From Somniosus microcephalus (Eukaryota), in NCBI GenBank assembly GCA_052327205.1, contig CM126211.1, positions 8,990,001-9,054,000 on the forward strand: a stretch of 64,000 bases of DNA, given 5' to 3'. A program made the translations under genes and the position numbers. Shown piece after piece: positions 38,801 through 51,095 of this stretch (position 1 is its first letter; every line of letters begins with the position of its first letter). A model generated the notes under the pieces. That model worked only from the letters and a program-made list of their open reading frames with translations, did not search any database and was not told the DNA's origin.

Positions 38801-41130
38801 CCCCTTCCTGTCCCCCTCCTCTTCCCCCTTCCTGTCCCCCCTCCCTCTTCTCTCCCCCTTCCTGTCCCCCTCCTCTTCCCCCTTCCTGTCCCCCTCCTCT
38901 TCCCCCTTCCTGTCCCCTCCTCTTCCCCCTTCCTGTCCCCCTCCTCTTCCCCTTCCTGTCCCCCTCCTCTTCCCCCTTCCTGTCCCCCTCCTCTTCCCCC
39001 TTCCTGTCCCCCTCCTCTTCCCCCTTCCTGTCCCCCTCCTCTTCCCCCTTCCTGTCCCCCTCCTCTTCCCCCTTCCTGTCCCCCTCCTCTTCCCCCTTCC
39101 TGTCCCCCTCCTCTTCCCCCTTCCTGTCCCCCTCCTCTTCCCCCTTCCTGTCCCCCTCCTCTTCCCCCTTCCTGTCCCCCTCCTCTTCCCCCTTCCTGTC
39201 CCCCTCCTCTTCCCCCTTCCTGTCCCCCTCCTCTTCCCCCTTCCTGTCCCCCTCCTCTTCCCCCTTCCTGTCCCCCTCCTCTTCCCCCTTCCTGTCCCCC
39301 TCCTCTTCCCCCTTCCTGTCCCCCTCCTCTTCCCCCTTCCTGTCCCCCTCCTCTTCCCCCTTCCTGTCCCCCTCCTCTTCCCCCTTCCTGTCCCCCTCCT
39401 CTTCCCCCTTCCTGTCCCCCTCCTCTTCCCCCTTCCTGTCCCCCTCCTCTTCCCCCTTCCTGTCCCCCTCCTCTTCCCCTTCCTGTCCCCCTCCTCTTCC
39501 CCCTTCCTGTCCCCCTCCTCTTCCCCCTTCCTGTCCCCCTCCTCTTCCCCCTTCCTGTCCCCCTCCTCTTCCCCCTTCCTGTCCCCCTCCTCTTCCCCCT
39601 TCCTGTCCCCCTCCTCTTCCCCCTTCCTGTCCCCCTCCTCTTCCCCCTTCCTGTCCCCCTCCTCTTCCCCCTTCCTGTCCCCCTCCTCTTCCCCCTTCCT
39701 GTCCCCCTCCTCTTCCCCCTTCCTGTCCCCCTCCTCTTCCCCCTTCCTGTCCCCCTCCTCTTCCCCCTTCCTGTCCCCCTCCTCTTCCCCCTTCCTGTCC
39801 CCCTCCTCTTCCCCCTTCCTGTCCCCCTCCTCTTCCCCCTTCCTGTCCCCCTCCTCTTCCCCCTTCCTGTCCCCCTCCTCTTCCCCCTTCCTGTCCCCCT
39901 CCTCTTCCCCCTTCCTGTCCCCCTCCTCTTCCCCCTTCCTGTCCCCCTCCTCTTCCCCCTTCCTGTCCCCCTCCTCTTCCCCCTTCCTGTCCCCCTCCTC
40001 TTCCCCCTTCCTGTCCCCCTCCTCTTCCCCCTTCCTGTCCCCCTCCTCTTCCCCCTTCCTGTCCCCCTCCTCTTCCCCCTTCCTGTCCCCCTCCTCTTCC
40101 CCCTTCCTGTCCCCCTCCTCTTCCCCCTTCCTGTCCCCCTCCTCTTCCCCCTTCCTGTCCCCCTCCTCTTCCCCCTTCCTGTCCCCCTCCTCTTCCCCCT
40201 TCCTGTCCCCCTCCTCTTCCCCCTTCCTGTCCCCCTCCTCTTCCCCCTTCCTGTCCCCCTCCTCTTCCCCCTTCCTGTCCCCCTCCTCTTCCCCCTTCCT
40301 GTCCCCCTCCTCTTCCCCCTTCCTGTCCCCCTCCTCTTCCCCCTTCCTGTCCCCCTCCTCTTCCCCCTTCCTGTCCCCCTCCTCTTCCCCCTTCCTGTCC
40401 CCCTCCTCTTCCCCCTTCCTGTCCCCCTCCTCTTCCCCCTTCCTGTCCCCCTCCTCTTCCCCCTTCCTGTCCCCCTCCTCTTCCCCCTTCCTGTCCCCCT
40501 CCTCTTCCCCCTTCCTGTCCCCCTCCTCTTCCCCCTTCCTGTCCCCCTCCTCTTCCCCCTTCCTGTCCCCCTCCTCTTCCCCCTTCCTGTCCCCCTCCTC
40601 TTCCCCCTTCCTGTCCCCCTCCTCTTCCCCCTTCCTGTCCCCCTCCTCTTCCCCCTTCCTGTCCCCCTCCTCTTCCCCCTTCCTGTCCCCCTCCTCTTCC
40701 CCCTTCCTGTCCCCCTCCTCTTCCCCCTTCCTGTCCCCCTCCTCTTCCCCCTTCCTGTCCCCCTCCTCTTCCCCCTTCCTGTCCCCCTCCTCTTCCCCCT
40801 TCCTGTCCCCCTCCTCTTCCCCCTTCCTGTCCCCCTCCTCTTCCCCCTTCCTGTCCCCCTCCTCTTCCCCCTTCCTGTCCCCCTCCTCTTCCCCCTTCCT
40901 GTCCCCCCCTCTTCCCCCTTCCTGTCCCCCCCTCTTCCCCCTTCCTGTCCCCCCCTCTTCCCCCTTCCTGTCCCCCCCTCTTCCCCCTTCCTGTCCCCCC
41001 CCTCTTCCCCCTTCTTGTCCCCCCCCTCTTCCCCCTTCCTGTCCCCCCCCTCTTCCCCCTTCCTGCCCCCCTCCTCTTCCCCCTTCCTGCCCCCCTCCTC
41101 TTCCCCCTTCCTGTCCCCCTCCTCTTCCCC
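38801..41130. repeat. 24-bp minisatellite (CCCCCTTCCTGTCCCCCTCCTCTT)n, roughly 95 copies
   Basis: Near-perfect tandem array, seen as 8-aa periodic ORFs (PPPLPPSC / PVPLLFPL); degenerates at the right edge. Confidence 0.97.
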
Positions 41131-41661
41131 CCCCTCTCCCCCCTCCTGTCCCTCATGCCACCCACTTTCCTCCATTCCCCTCTCCCTATCTCTACCCTCT
41201 CTTCCTCCCTCACCCCTCCCCTCTTTCCCTCACTCATCTCCTCCATCTATCTCCTCCCTCACCAACCCCTCCTCCTCTGACCCCACTCCCTCACCTGGGT
41301 CCAATTATCCAACCGCCTTCTGAATACTGAAGTCAGTATTCACTTCCTATGTGCAAAATCATGGTAAATCGACAGGTTATATATTAAAATCCCTGTGTGG
41401 GTTGCTGTATCAACATCCTGTGTCATGCTATTTCAATGGAAAAAGCTGTAATAAAAGCATCAACATTTAATTACAGTACCAATCACCCAGCCTGGGTTCA
41501 ATTTCACAATTCGGTACGCACATGTGAACTCGTGACCTCGGGTTGCTAGTCCATTTACCATAAACAACCGTACCCTGACCCACCACCCACGGACAAACTC
41601 TTCAGCCTCTCTACCTCCTCCCCCCTCACTACGCGGTAAAATTGTTGCTGACCCACCTGCA

Positions 41662-42068
41662 TACCATAAGAAATAGGAGCAGGAGTCGGCCATACCGCCC
41701 CTCGAGCCTGCTCCGCCATTCAATAAGATCATGGCTGATCTTCGACTTCAACTCCACTTTCCCGCCCGATCCCCATATCCCCTGCCCAAGAATCTATCGA
41801 TCTCAGCCTTGAATATACTCAACGACTGAGCCTCCACAGCCCTCTGGGGTAGAGAATTCCAAAGATTCACCACCCCACCACCCTCTGAGTGAAGAAATTT
41901 CTCCTCATCTCAGTCCAAAATGGCTGCCCCCATTTTCCTGAGACTGTGCCCCCTAGTTCTAGACTTTCCAGCCAGGGGAAACAGGCTCTCAGCATCTACC
42001 CTGTCAATCCCTCTTAAGAATTTTATATGTTTCAATGAGATCACCTCTCATCCTTCAAAACTCCAAAG
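41662..42068 (-). mobile_element. CR1 LINE 3' end
   Basis: cataagaaataggagcaggagtcggccat... identical in type to the 29252 and 32428 copies. Confidence 0.85.
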
Positions 42069-42249
42069 ACGCACTGAACTTGACCCAGTCTAACAGCCCC
42101 CTCCCCACTGGGCAGGGGAATTGTTCCTGACCCACATCACCCCCCACCTTCCACAGAGTGTCAAAACAAGCCACTGGAAACTTCCCCCCCCCCCCCCCCA
42201 GCACTAAAATGCTAAACATTCTCCACCCCTCCTCCCCATATGCTCCCCA

Positions 42250-42925
42250 TCACCAAGATCGCCTAGTTCCACCTCAGTAATATCGCCCATCTCCACCTCG
42301 GCCTCAGCTCATCTGCTGCTCAAACCCTCATCCAAGCCTTTTTGACTCTAGTCTAGACTAACCCAACGCTCTCCTGGCTTGCCTCCCACTTTGTACCCTC
42401 TGTAAACTTGACCTGATCCAAAACTCTGCTGCCCGTATCCTAACTCACACCAAATCCCATTCACCCATCACCCCTCATTCACCCATCACCCCTCTGCTCA
42501 CTGACCTACACTGGCTCCCGGTCCGGCAAAGCCTCGATTTAAAAATTTTCACCCTTGTGTTGAAATCCCTCCGTGGCCTCGCCCCCTCCCTATCTCTGAA
42601 ACCTCCTCCAGCCCTACAACCCTCCGAGATCTCTGCACTCCTCCAATTCTGGCCTTTTGCGCGTCCCCCGATTTTAATCGCTCCACCATTGGTGGCCGTG
42701 CCTTCAGCTGCCAAGGCCCTAAGCTCTTGAATTCACTCCCTAAGCCTCTCGACCTCTTCCTCCTCCTTTAAGATGCTCCTTAAAACCTACCTCTTTAACC
42801 AAGCTTTTGGTCACCTATCCAAATATCTCCTTACATGGCTCGGTATCAAATTTTGTTTGATAATTGTACCTGTTCATGTTTACTCCGTTAAAAGTTGCAA
42901 TATAACTGCAAGTTGTTATTGTTGT
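42250..42925 (+). mobile_element. L2-type LINE 3' portion
   Basis: atccaaaactctgctgcccg...ctacactggctcccggtc...aaaacctacctcttt...ttgttattgttg; reverse complement of the 30392-31248 family. Confidence 0.85.
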
Positions 42926-43110
42926 CGTGACCTGCCCCTCCTCCTCCTTTTTCCATTCTCCTCACAGCCTCTCCAATCCCCTACTATCCCCATCCTCTCC
43001 TGCCCCCTTACCCCTCCCCCTTCCCCACTTAGTTCAGCCATCTAACTGTGCCTGACCCTTTAGTGAATCATTTTCTTAATCCAGTACTCACCAGGATACA
43101 CTGAACACTA

Positions 43111-44335
43111 TGGGCTAGAAATTCGGCTGCTTTGCACCTCCTGTTATCGCCTGCGGGGGGGCGGTAACGGGGTGCTAAGGGGTTACCGACCGGACGCGGC
43201 AAATTCAGCGACACCCGCAAACTTCCCTGGCAGTTTTGCGCTGGTCACTAGCGCCCCATAGATCGTGACGTCATCAAGTGCGCAGCGCCCCGTTACTGTC
43301 CCGGATGTGAAATTCGCTCCCTCCCCCTGCTGCATCACCGGGCGTCAACAACGGCAGCAACAGGAGGCGTTGTCACCTCGGCTGGCCACTTGGGGAGTGA
43401 TAATTAAAGGCAGCGGTGATCAGATAGGCCAAATTTTATTCTTCACACCAGTCTGGTGCCTGCTGAAAGTTTTTGAAGCCTCATTGCTGCGAGATGCCTA
43501 AGCCCCCCACTCTCTGAGAGTGATTGGGGCTGGAATTGACCACGCTCGATCAGCTCCGATGGACGGGCCACATCGTCCGCATGCCCGATACGAGACTCCC
43601 AAAACAAGCGCTCTGCTCAGAGCTCCAGCACGGCAAGAGAGCCCCAGGTGGGCAAAGGAAACGCTTCAAGGACACTCTCAAAGCCTCCTTGAAAAAGTGC
43701 AACATCCCCACCGACACCTGGGAATCCGTGGCCCAAGACCGCACAAAGTGGAGGAGAAGCACCTGAGAAGGCGCCGAACACCTCGAGTCCCTTCGCCGGG
43801 AGCAAGCGGAAGCCAAGCGCAGGCAGTGCAAGGAGCGCACGTCAACCCAAGCGCCCCACCCACCCGTCCCTTCAACCACCGTCTGCCCCACCTGTGACGG
43901 AGACTGTAGGTCCCGCATTGGACTCATCAGTCACCTGAGAACTCATTTTTAATGTGGAAGCAAGTCATCCTCGGTTCCGAGGGACTGCCTAAGAAGAGAA
44001 GATAAGAATGGAAGTCGCGCAGGTCCCCTGGCCCCACAGAGCTAAAAATAATAATGTTGCAAACTATCGTTGGACCTTCCCTTTAAGCGAGGGAAGGAGT
44101 CTCTGATGCCGGTAGCACTGCACTGCACGTTCTTCAGCACACTGCCGCTACCGCCCCTCTCACACACTTTAGCGCCCTAAGAGAAGTGGTTGGCGCTTGA
44201 TTTAGTGCTCCACTTCCCTCTTGGAGCGCTAAAGCTGAAGTCCCTGGGATCAAAAAAGGATTATCGCCTAGCGATAATTTTCTCAGATTTCAAAGGTTAT
44301 CGCCCCAAACGGGGCCCAACTGAATTCCTAGCCCA
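43111..44335. mobile_element. Non-autonomous DNA transposon (MITE-like) with terminal inverted repeats
   Basis: Left end TGGGCTAGAAATTCGG, right end CTGAATTCCTAGCCCA (14/16 inverted match); GC/CpG-rich interior without transposase. Confidence 0.65.
43535..44005 (+). mobile_element. RTE-clade (BovB-like) LINE 3' end nested in the MITE
   Basis: QLRWTGHIVRMPDTRLPKQAL..GGQRKRFKDTLKASLK..WESVAQDRTKWR, then CPTC...GLISHLRTH zinc-finger motif and an (AAGA)-like tail; one in-frame stop. Confidence 0.85.
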
Positions 44336-44448
44336 TTGTCTTTCACTTAACTTGTACTGTAACCCAAGTAGTCACTCAAGGTCTGCTACCGATAACTTGC
44401 AGAGATTCATGTCCCAATACTGATACTAATCACATTTCCCCGTAAATA

Positions 44449-44672
44449 GAAAGAAAGAAAGACTAGCATTTATAGAGCACTTTTCACGACCATCAGACGT
44501 CCCAAAGCGCTTTACAGCCAATGAAGTACTTTTTAAAGTGCAGTCACTATTGTAATGTAGGAAACGCGGCAGCCAATTTGCGCACAGCAAGCTCCCGCAA
44601 ACAGCAATGTGATAAAGACCGGATAATCTTTTTTTTTTAATGATGTTGATTGAGGGTTTAATATTGGCCAGG
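44449..44672 (-). mobile_element. DeuSINE 3' half
   Basis: Reverse complement of 26555-26765 with (GAAA)n tail. Confidence 0.8.
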
Positions 44673-45124
44673 TCTAACTGAATAACACTTGAATTTTTGA
44701 AAATTGGAATAAGAAACCATGGTCGCCCTCAGTGTACTTTCTGACAGTCCAAATAGGCAATACCATAAGGAGTTCCACTGTGAACATATATAAATAAAAA
44801 TTCACCTCAGACTCACACTTTGGTACAGATGCAAAACAATCAAGTATATCACCTGCTGCTGCTGCCAATCTACAAAGAAATTACACGCTAACTGACCACA
44901 GAATGCGCAATTCATAGCCATTCCAACTGGTGGCCTTAAAGGATCACAGCTTTAGCTGTGCCTTTGCAGCAGAATAATGCTCTGTGCATCACATGAATAA
45001 TAGTTCTAAAACAGAATGCAGAAAGATGTTCATTTTTTAAGCTGCTTGTATCGTTTTGAAGCCTGTTTTTTTTTGTTTTACTTTGACTCGGAATGTTCAA
45101 TGACATTCACCCTTGTTTTTTCAG

Positions 45125-45332
45125 AGGTAACCCTACCAAGATATGTAGTGCTTTTGGGCCTGTGCAGTGTTGTCATTACGCCTGCAGTGCACGCATCAAC
45201 CGCAAGTATGTGCCTCGAAGAGCTGTGCTCTATGTACCTGGAAATGATGAAAGGAAGCTCCACAAGATTACCAGTCTCTCTGTAGATTGTGCTGTCCTCG
45301 ACTGTGAAGATGGAGTTGCATTAAACAAAAAG
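45125..45332 (+). CDS. CLYBL: CLYBL (citramalyl-CoA lyase / citrate lyase beta-like) exon 2
   Basis: Acceptor ttttttcag at 45124; KYVPRRAVLYVPGNDERK...VDCAVLDCEDGVALNKK; donor GT at 45333. Confidence 0.9.
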
Positions 45333-45417
45333 GTACTGCATAATGCACACAGGTAAATGTGCAAACACACAATCGCGCAATCTATCACTGTGAACTTACT
45401 GGAAGAGCGCAGTATTC

Positions 45418-45810
45418 TCTGGAGTTTAGAAGAATGATAGATGATGTCATTGAAACGTATAAAATTCTTAGAGGGGTTGACAGGGTAGATGCTGAGAGGG
45501 TGTTTCCCCCTGGCTGGAGAGTCTAGAACCAGGGGTCACAGTCTCAGGATAAGGGGTCGGCCATTTAAGACTGAGATGAGGAGGAATTTCTTCACTCAGA
45601 GGGTGGTGAATCTTTGGAATTCTCTGCCCCAGAGAGCTGTGGGTGCTCAGTCGATGAGTATATTCAAGGCTGAGATCGATCGATTTTGGGCACTAAGGGA
45701 ATGAAGGGATATGGGGATCGGGCGGGAAAATGGAGTTAATATAAAAGCTCAGCCATGATCTTATTGAACAGCGGAGCTGGCTCGAGGGGCCTTTTTCTTA
45801 TGTTCTTATT
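45418..45810 (+). mobile_element. CR1 LINE 3' end (CLYBL intron 2)
   Basis: GESRTRGHSLRIRGRPFKTEMRRNFFTQRVVNLWNSLP; tail ttcttatgttctta. Confidence 0.88.
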
Positions 45811-45886
45811 GCAAAGGGTTGCTAATTATTTACAATCTTAAGTTTCTTAGAGGTAACAATTTTTAGTCTGATTTTCTCCCTTTCCT

Positions 45887-46350
45887 GAAAGAAAGAACTT
45901 GCATTTCTATAGCACCTTTCACGACCTCAGGACACCCCAAAGCACTTTACAGCCAATGAAGTACTTTTGAAGTGTAGTCACTGTTGTAATGTAGGAAAAC
46001 GCGGCAGCCAATTTGCGCACAGCAAGCTCCCATAAACAGCAATGTGATAATGACCAGATCATCTGTTTTAGTGATGTTGGTTGAGGGATAAATATTTGCC
46101 CCAGGACACCGGGGAAAACTCCCCTGCTCTCTTTGAAATAGTGCCATAGAGTCTTGTTACGTCCACTTGAGAGGACAGACGGGGCTTCAGTTTAACGTCC
46201 GAAGGACGGCCCCTCCGACAGTGCAGCAGTCCCTCAGTACTGCACTGGGAGTGTCAGCCTAGACTTTGTGCTCAAGTTGCTTGCGTGGGTCTTGAAGCTG
46301 CAACCTCCTGCCTCAGAGGCAAGAGTGCTGCCCACTGAGCCACAGCTGAC
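45887..46350 (-). mobile_element. DeuSINE, near full length
   Basis: Reverse complement of 26335-26765 including the tRNA-like head (cccactgagccacagctgac). Confidence 0.85.
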
Positions 46351-46699
46351 TCCATAAAGCATTAAATCATTTACAAAATTTCTGCCACCCTATTGTTGGT
46401 CAAAATAGCTTTCAGGAGCTTGTTATTTCCTCCCAGGATTTCTTCCTACACTGTGACTTTGGGAAAGTGAGGTCCAATGCCAAGGATTGCTGCTCTCCTC
46501 ACCGTACCTCCTCAATAATGTCACTACCTCCCTCAGTAAAACATGCCTTCTTTGTTTTCTGGACAGGCAGATTGCAAGTGTCATAGAATGATGCAGCACA
46601 GAAGGAGGCCATTTGGCCCATCGTGCCTGTGCCATGACCTACCCATCACAAATCCATGCTGAGTCTTTTTGATCAGCTTATACTTGTCCAATCAGCACA

Positions 46700-47310
46700 T
46701 ACATAAGACGTCGGAGCAGGAGTCGGTCATTTGACCCCTCGAGTCTGCTCCGCCATTCAATAAGATCATGGCTGATCTGATCTTGGGCTCAGCTCCATTT
46801 CCCTGCCCGCTCCCCATAACCCTCGACTCCCTTACCGTTCAAAAATCTGTCTATCTCCACCTTGAATATATTCAATGACCCAGCCTCCACAGCTCTCTGG
46901 GGAAGAGAATTCCAAAGATTCACGACCCTCTGAGAGAAGAAATTCCTCCTTATTTCCATTTTAAATGGGTGACCCCTTATTCTGAAATTATGCCCCCTAG
47001 TTCTAGATTCCCCCACGAGGGGAAACATCCTCTCTGCATCAATCCTGTCAAACCCCTTCAGAATCTTACATGTTTCAATAAGATCCCCTCTCATTCTTCT
47101 AAACTCCAATGAGTATCGGCCCAACCTGCTCAACCTTTCTTCATAAGACAACCCCTTCATCTCCGGAATCAACCTCGTGAACCTTCTCTGAACTGCCTCC
47201 AATGCAAGTATATCCCTCCTTAAATAAGGAGACCAAAACTGTACGCAGTACTCCAGGTGTGGTCTCACCAACGCCCTGTACAGTAGTAACAGGACTTCCC
47301 TACTTTTCTA
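46700..47310 (-). mobile_element. CR1 LINE 3' portion
   Basis: ORF 46789-47271 (VRPHLEYCVQFWSPYLRRDI...LWNSLPQRAVEAGS); very similar to 32428-33128. Confidence 0.9.
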
Positions 47311-47697
47311 CTACCGTTCAATCAGCACATGTGGATTATTGCCCATCTAGTGTCTGACAAGGGGTCAACGAATGGGCTTATTTCCTGTTTGTAAAGGTGA
47401 TGACGTGTGATTATGGTTGCTGAGTGCAGGTTGGGTGGCATCATTTCCCACTGACAATATGTGAAGTTGCTGTTTATCGTGTTCCAGTGTCGCTGTGGCT
47501 GAAGGCATTGAACAGCAAATATTGTAACTGTCACTGGCCGTGAATCCCTCAATACAAAACAATCACACTCCCCCAAGACTGCACAGTGTTCCTATAAAGT
47601 TGCCTTCTATTTTGAAAGATGAGTAAACAAAACTGCTACCGCTGAGCCAAGACTGATAATCTTAATATTTGCAACAAGTCTTTTATATGGCGTCCTA

Positions 47698-48360
47698 GGT
47701 GCCTTCAGTCATCTAAGGTCCTAAGCTCTGGAATTCCCTCCCTAAACCTCTCCGCCTCTCTACCTCTCTCTCCTCCTTTAAGACGCTCCTTACAACCAAC
47801 GTCTTTGACCAAGCTTTTGACTACATTTCAGTGCTGACTCCAGCATAGGCCTAAGTTATTCTGCTGCCTCTTCACTTTCGCAACTCAACTACCTATCACG
47901 AACGCAATTTACTTAAACCCACTTAAAACAACCCAATTCAAACATAGCTACCGTTTTCAAAATAGACATCAGTAAAAAGGTGAATTGTTAAAGTGTGGGG
48001 TGGGACCCCGGGAGAAGAAGATTGTCAATTTTGTAGATGATGATCAAATAATAGCAGAGGGATTTAATAAATACTTTGAATCAACAACAACTTGCCTTTA
48101 TATAGCACTTTTAACATAGTACATTTAGTGCCTTCAGCTGCCGAGGCCCTAAGTTCTGGAACTCCCTCCCTAAACCTCTCCGCCTCTCTCTGCTTTAAAT
48201 GCTTCTTAAAACCTCCCTCTTTCACCTGTCATAATACAGTATCTCCTTATGTGGCTCGGTGTCAATTTTCGTCTGATAATCGCTCCTGAGAAGCACCATG
48301 GGACGTTTTGCTACGTTAAAGGTGCTATATAAATACAAGTTGTTGTTGTCGTCGTCGTCA
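47698..48360 (+). mobile_element. Cluster of short L2 3' fragments
   Basis: gtgccttcag...tggaattccctccctaaacctctccgcctctc at ~47700 and ~48128; (TTG/TCG)n tail at 48340; inverted tail at 48083. Confidence 0.7.
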
Positions 48361-48525
48361 ATGTAGGCTGAGCCCATCTGGTGAGATAAGTCTTGTAAGC
48401 CATCCTAGTTTATCCATCCAGGAGGACACTGTAATCCTCCCATCATGGTATCCAGCTGTTTATTACTTCATTCAAGGATTTTTGCCTCCACTACCCTATT
48501 GGGAGTCCACGCCACATGTTGGTTA

Positions 48526-48720
48526 AAAGAAAGACTTGCATTTCTATAGCGCCTTTCATGACTTCAGGACATCCCAAAGTGCTTTACAGCCAGTGAAGTA
48601 CTTTTTGAAGTGTAGTCATTGTTGCAGTGTAGGAAACGTGACAGCCAATTTGCGCACAGCAAGCTCCCACAAACAGCAATGTGATAATGACCAGATAATC
48701 TGTTTTAGTGATGTTGGTTG
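48526..48720 (-). mobile_element. DeuSINE 3' half
   Basis: Same sequence as 45887-46085. Confidence 0.8.
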
Positions 48721-50879
48721 CTTAGCTGATAGCTGTCCTACACTGAATAAAGTCATTTTTTTTTTTTAAATGAACGTTTTTGTTTTGCTTCATCTTGAAG
48801 CTGAGTGAGTCTCCCTTCACCAGGGAAATAACAGTATCTATCATACATGTGGATGGCAGATTCAAGTGTCAGGCAACACTACCCTAAGAACCCATGACCA
48901 GACTACTGTAATTTAACCACTAAACTATGGAATCATGCTGTGCGGTGCTATCTTGTTAATGCGCTCCCAATTGAAGAACTGAAACATTGTTCAATCCTGT
49001 GACTAGTTTAATATTCTTCACTCAAATAAAAGGCCGTAGTCATTTTGTTCAGTGATAATGATATTGACAATTTCTTTTTGGTGGGGGTGGCGGGGCGATA
49101 TGTACTATTGTACTGTGTACTTTCTCATTGAGCCCTCGGGTACCCCCCTCTCCCTAGTTGATCCAGCCCTCCTTGAAGTTTTTGCATTCTGTCCGTCTTA
49201 TCCTTTCTGACAGCAGAATAGATGCCGGACTAATCCCTGGAAGTTTGGAACTAATGAACTAACCGCTGAGTTGCCGCCACAGAGCTCGGTCCCAAACTAT
49301 ACTGTACTTCACACACGATTTATTCTCCAGATGGTGAGACTGTGCAGCCCTGCCGTGAGGGACCACCACTTCCACTGGAGTGTGAAAGTGGACGGATGTT
49401 GTTTTCTTTGCAGTTTTGATAATTCGGGAGCGAGGAATGTGCGAGGCTGATTGGTTAGTGGGTCTAACGGCTGCTGATTTATTTTCTTTGTTTTCTTCTC
49501 TCGCGTGACTGCGCGCGAGTTTTCATCTTTAATTTTTTGTCGTCTTGTGCATTGGGCCAATGCAGCCTTCCTTCTATATCAGCATGGCTCTTATTCTGCT
49601 CCAGGTGTTCGCTGCTGCATGGTAGCGGAAATCATCATGTCTCTTGGCTTTTCATCAGCTCACAGCTGTACCTGATAGTCAGCACAATAACATATTTATT
49701 AGCCACTGGTCCTCCTGTGCTGTTAGTTGGTTATGGGACAGAGTTAAAAATTGAATTTCACAGTGATGGTCCGTGTTTGTAATGTCGGAAACTAAAACAA
49801 GAGGTGACGGTGGAAGACACATTAATGCTGTTCACTGGTGCAGGCTATTGTGTTTCCTCGGCTCTACCCTAAGAGCATTGCATTGTGGGAATTTGACATA
49901 TTTATCAGTAACATGAGTCGGAAAATACTATTTACTTTTAGAATCATAGAATGATACAGTGCAGAAGGAGGCCATTCGGCCCGTCATGGCCTGTGCCGGA
50001 CCTTTGAAAGGACCTTCTCGAGAGAGAGAGAGGTTACAGAGATTTCAGAAACCCACCACATGCGACAGACAATTCTACATTCTTGCAAAGGCCCCCTGGG
50101 GTTGATAATGTGAGGAATCAGTGGAAACATGAGGAGCAATTTTGTGATGCAGAAATAAGTGATGGGGGAAAAAAAATGAGGTTTTATGTTTGAAGTGCAC
50201 TTCAGAGACGTACAATTTTATGCTTGAATATTGAGAAATACGTGAAGCTTTTTTATTGGGTTTCTTTATTTAAAAGGAAGTTTTGTTTGGGTAGCGCGGC
50301 CTTGCTTTCTAGCTATGCCACTTCGATCGCTTGGAGCACAGCAGCAGATTGCAGCGCTGTGGGAATAATAGCATCTGCTTTGAGTGTCTGCGCTGGCAAT
50401 GGTGGAAACGTCCATGTGGCTGAATATCAGGATCATTCCTAATAAAGATGACCATTTGAGATTACCTACAATATCCAACTTAGAACATTTTCAGCTGCTA
50501 TGCAAAGCAGCCAGACTGATAATTTGGTGTAACTCTGTTACTGTCAGGCCCCATTAGAAACCATAGGGTCTGAAGGCGATTTCAAATCTATTTTGACAGG
50601 TTTCTATCCATCTTTTACACAAATGAATAAGCAGAAGAACGGTTTTCAAGGAAGCCTATTTAATACAGTGCCTTGAATGGCAAAGGATTGTTGAGGCTGT
50701 GTTTGGGACCAATGCTTTCCTTACTAATTCCTTAGGAAAAAGTACGTTCTAAGCAGTTCAAACACTTACAACAGCCTTTCAGGGGTGGTCAAGTGAGTAC
50801 TTCTTTCTCACTATGAAATGCACTGTTTGTTATGTATGTATAATATACTCCACTTAGTCAATCGCGGGGGGGAGATGAG

Positions 50880-51095
50880 GAGACTTTCTTTTGTTACGAT
50901 CTGGAATGCACTACCTGAAAGGGCGGTGGAAGCAGATTCAATAGTAACTTTCAAAAGGGAATTGGATAAATACTTGAAGGGCAGTGTTATGGGGAAAGAG
51001 CAGTGGGGGAGTGGGACTAATTGAAGAGCTCTTTCAAAGAGCCGGCACAGGCACGATGGGCCGAATGGCCTCCTCCTGTGGTGTAGGGTTCTGTG
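50880..51095 (+). mobile_element. CR1 LINE 3' end
   Basis: IWNALPERAVEADSIVTFKRELDKYLK followed by gatgggccgaatggcctcc. Confidence 0.8.

Noticed and set aside
38801-41130. CRISPR-like array
   Set aside because: Contiguous tandem units without unique spacers, in a eukaryotic context.
35006-41323. 2105, 2062, 1130 and 970 aa ORFs rich in Pro/Ser or Gly/Arg/Glu
   Set aside because: Artefacts of stop-free pyrimidine repeats and N gaps; open in several frames on both strands.
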